Shown piece after piece: positions 61,340-63,901 of a stretch of 63,901 nucleotides of DNA; the stretch's first letter is position 1, and each line of letters opens with the position of its first letter. This DNA comes from Octopus bimaculoides. Taxonomy: Eukaryota. The position numbers were made by a program, and so were the translations under genes. The notes below the pieces were generated by a model that did no database searches, had not been told where the DNA came from, and saw only the letters and a list, made by a program, of their open reading frames with translations. The DNA is taken from the NCBI RefSeq assembly GCF_001194135.2, contig NC_068998.1, positions 12,387,282 to 12,451,182 on the forward strand. Reading direction: 5' to 3'.

Positions 61340-61913
61340 TGATTGTTGGAAGGCCATCGATGTTAGATTACTCGATCGCACTTGAACTGAGGTTAAACAA
61401 CAGCAAAAAAAAAAAAGCACTCTCCTATCCTTAGATGACCCTATCTTTTCATTCATGTTGATAAGATACCGCAGTTTTTGTAAATGGAATCGCTCTAGTT
61501 CTCGAACATCCCAGTGGTACAAGATTCACGTGTTACAACCATAAAATAAGGCGGAAACGACCACGGCTTATATATAGTGTGAGTTTAGTTTGTAGTTTCA
61601 GGTCCTTGTTTCCAAAGGCACACCGAAAGAGTTTTCCAAAAGCGACATGGTCACCTCGGATCCTGTTCTCCATGTACCTTACTGCCATACTCCAAGAAAT
61701 TCCTTGCAGGAATCTATCAACAACTCCAAAAAGGCATATGATCGCTTCGGCTTGACAATAAACATCCAGAAGACCAAGATATTTGCACAACCTGCTCCAA
61801 ACTCAATCCTTGCCAATTTCAAACATCACTGTCTCCTATACACTCCAGGAATAAGTTGACCAGTTTCCTTAACTCGGAAGCATCCTCTCCACACAATGTA
61901 AATAGACACCGAA
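61340..61913 (-). mobile_element. RTE LINE fragment with inverted 5' segment
   Basis: Minus block 61673-61340: MENRIRGDHVAFGKLF...NKDLKLQTKL...ELERFHLQKLR. Plus block about 61678-61913: SLQESINNSKKAYDRFGLTINIQKTKIFAQPAP...VDQFP*LGSILSTQC...IDTE. Confidence 0.92.
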
Positions 61914-62383
61914 AAATACACCCCCCACAAATCTGTGTATATATGTATTCAGTGTTTAGTATCCAGATCTATATATCTTTCGTAAATTAACTAACAAACG
62001 TGACCAGAAATTTTCGCCAAACTTTTCACCGTGTGTATTATAGGCGTATGTACGCACGTATGTATATACGGTTTTGCTTATGTATCTGTACGTTTCTGTT
62101 GGATTGTATTGCCTGTATGTGTGAAGGCTGCGTGAATTAGAGGCGGCAGAGTGTCATCAACATTACACGCTTAGTCACACAAAGCTATGAAGTAGAGAAA
62201 TGCCAATGAACTTTCCTCAGGCCAATTCAGTGTACAAGTCCGAAGTAGGGTACAATTAACGTAGTACACACACACACACATACACACACACCCAAAACTA
62301 CACACACACGTGCACTCATACTCTCTCATACACAAACGCGGACACATATAACCACTCATATACATATATAATCGTATACATAC

Positions 62384-62447
<64 letters not shown>

Positions 62448-63019
62448 GTGTACATAACCAAATAAAATAACCATATGATATAACAGTGATTAAGTAAACA
62501 CGTAATATCAAAGTTTTATTTTACTACTATTACTAATAAATACAATCGAACAAAATGATTATATACAGTACTTGATTAATATTTTATTTTATCGATTTCT
62601 GAAAGGTAAATGAAAAAGTGAATTTTTTGATATGTCACACCAGATACAAATTTTTAGAAAATTTCCACAGAGATGTAGTTTATTTTACTCTAATTACGAA
62701 AATCATTTGAAGGGAAATTAAAAATAAAAAGAATAGAAAAAATGCTATTAAAGCTTAAATATTGAAAATTTTTTGTATTTCAGCCAATGAAATGCAACCA
62801 TTCTCGACACACATGTTGTCTCTAATTATTTTTTTGTTTTTGGAGACCTTTGCCCCTTGTTATTGTTTGTTTTTGCTTTTGTTTTTGATTATTCGTTGTT
62901 TTGTTAGGAATTAATAATAAAGTTGTTACAGAATCATTAACGATGAAAAATAGTTAATGAATGATTAAAAAAAAAACAGAGAACAAATTATGAAAATGAA
63001 ACAAAACGACAAAGAAATT

Positions 63020-63420
63020 TTGAAAACCGAAATTTGGTAATGTAGTACAGCATTTTCTGAAAGAAGTCACAATATCTGTGTCTGTACCACTGTATAAACT
63101 CACGGAAGTAAGAGTCAATCATAAAACGATGAATACCACGGCACTATTTATTTGGCCGTTGTAAAGTACTTCCAATTACGTTCAACTTGTTGCGTGTAGA
63201 TTCCATCTGCTGAGTTGACAAATTCGATGCTGTGCTTCACTGTTCTATACCAAAGAACATAGTCTGGCACCTCAAGAATATAGGAATAGGCTCGCCACAA
63301 TCTCCACATACAATGGATCATGATAGAACCGATCTGAGACGTATTCCTCAAAATTAATCGGTATTGCGACGTATTACAACATAAAGTAACACGTGTCGAC
63401 TCGTACGACATGCATTGCCG
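63020..63420 (-). mobile_element. Merlin (IS1595/IS1016-like) DDE transposase C-terminal relic
   Basis: GSIMIH...WRAYSYI...TVKHSIEFVNSADGIYTQQVERNWK, then RGIHRFMIDSYFREFIQW, matching W.AY..L...TVNHS..FVD..TG.HTQ.IE..W...RG....L.SYL.EF.W. Confidence 0.87.
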
Positions 63421-63532
63421 AAATTCCAAAATATTAAATCTTTAAGGTTTCAGAGCTTTTTTATTATTAATTCCTTCAAAAGTGCAAATGGTTTTCGTAA
63501 TCAGTCTGAAAAATTATACTCTTTATTATCTC

Positions 63533-63901
63533 ATTCTATTACTTGTTTCAATCATTTGACCACGGCCATGCTGGAGCACCGCCTTGAAGATTTTTAATCA
63601 AACAAATCGATCCCAGGACTTATTTTTTAAACCTAGTATTATTCTATCGGTCTTTTGCCGAACCACTAAGTTACAGGAATGTAAACACACCAACACCGGT
63701 TGTCAAGTGGTGATAGGGGGACAAACACAGATATAAAGACAAACACACACACACACACGCACGCACACACATATATATATATATATACGACGGGCTTCTT
63801 TCAGTTTCCGCCTACCGATGCTAGATTAGAAAACACTTGCCCAAGGTTCCACGCAGTAGGATTGAACCCGAAACTATGTGGTTCGGAAGTAAGCTTACCA
63901 C
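63533..63901 (-). mobile_element. SINE family B, near full length, head cut by the window edge
   Basis: Antisense of tail, (CA)/(TA) linker and head; ~30-nt deletion after ctacc. Confidence 0.94.

Overview
This is AT-rich, repeat-saturated eukaryotic DNA from a gapped short-read assembly, and most N-runs abut a microsatellite. The repeat content looks like an octopod cephalopod intron or intergenic region (organism is inference from pattern recognition). I can support no host protein-coding gene, rRNA, tRNA or CRISPR array. Most long ORFs in the track are translations of microsatellites or N-runs. The window is a mosaic of: three tRNA-headed SINE families (called A, B, C here, about 30 copies or fragments); decayed non-LTR retrotransposons (R4/Dong-like RLE, RTE, Tx1/L1-like, CR1/Jockey-like); DNA transposon relics (three Tc1/mariner, one piggyBac-like, one Merlin/IS1595-like, Helentron/DINE-like); and Penelope-type tails carrying hammerhead-ribozyme (HHR) motifs. 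Best leads: several distinct type I HHR motifs, including a head-to-head inverted pair (48643-49188) and a CCGAUGA-core variant (37871-37918); an RTE with a twin-priming-type inversion (61340-61913); a mariner with ~130 bp inverted ends and a templated insertion in one end (52029-53292); repeated insertion into (AAT)n; a five-copy SINE train; and several fold-back palindromes. All family assignments come from by-eye translation and motif recall, not database searches.
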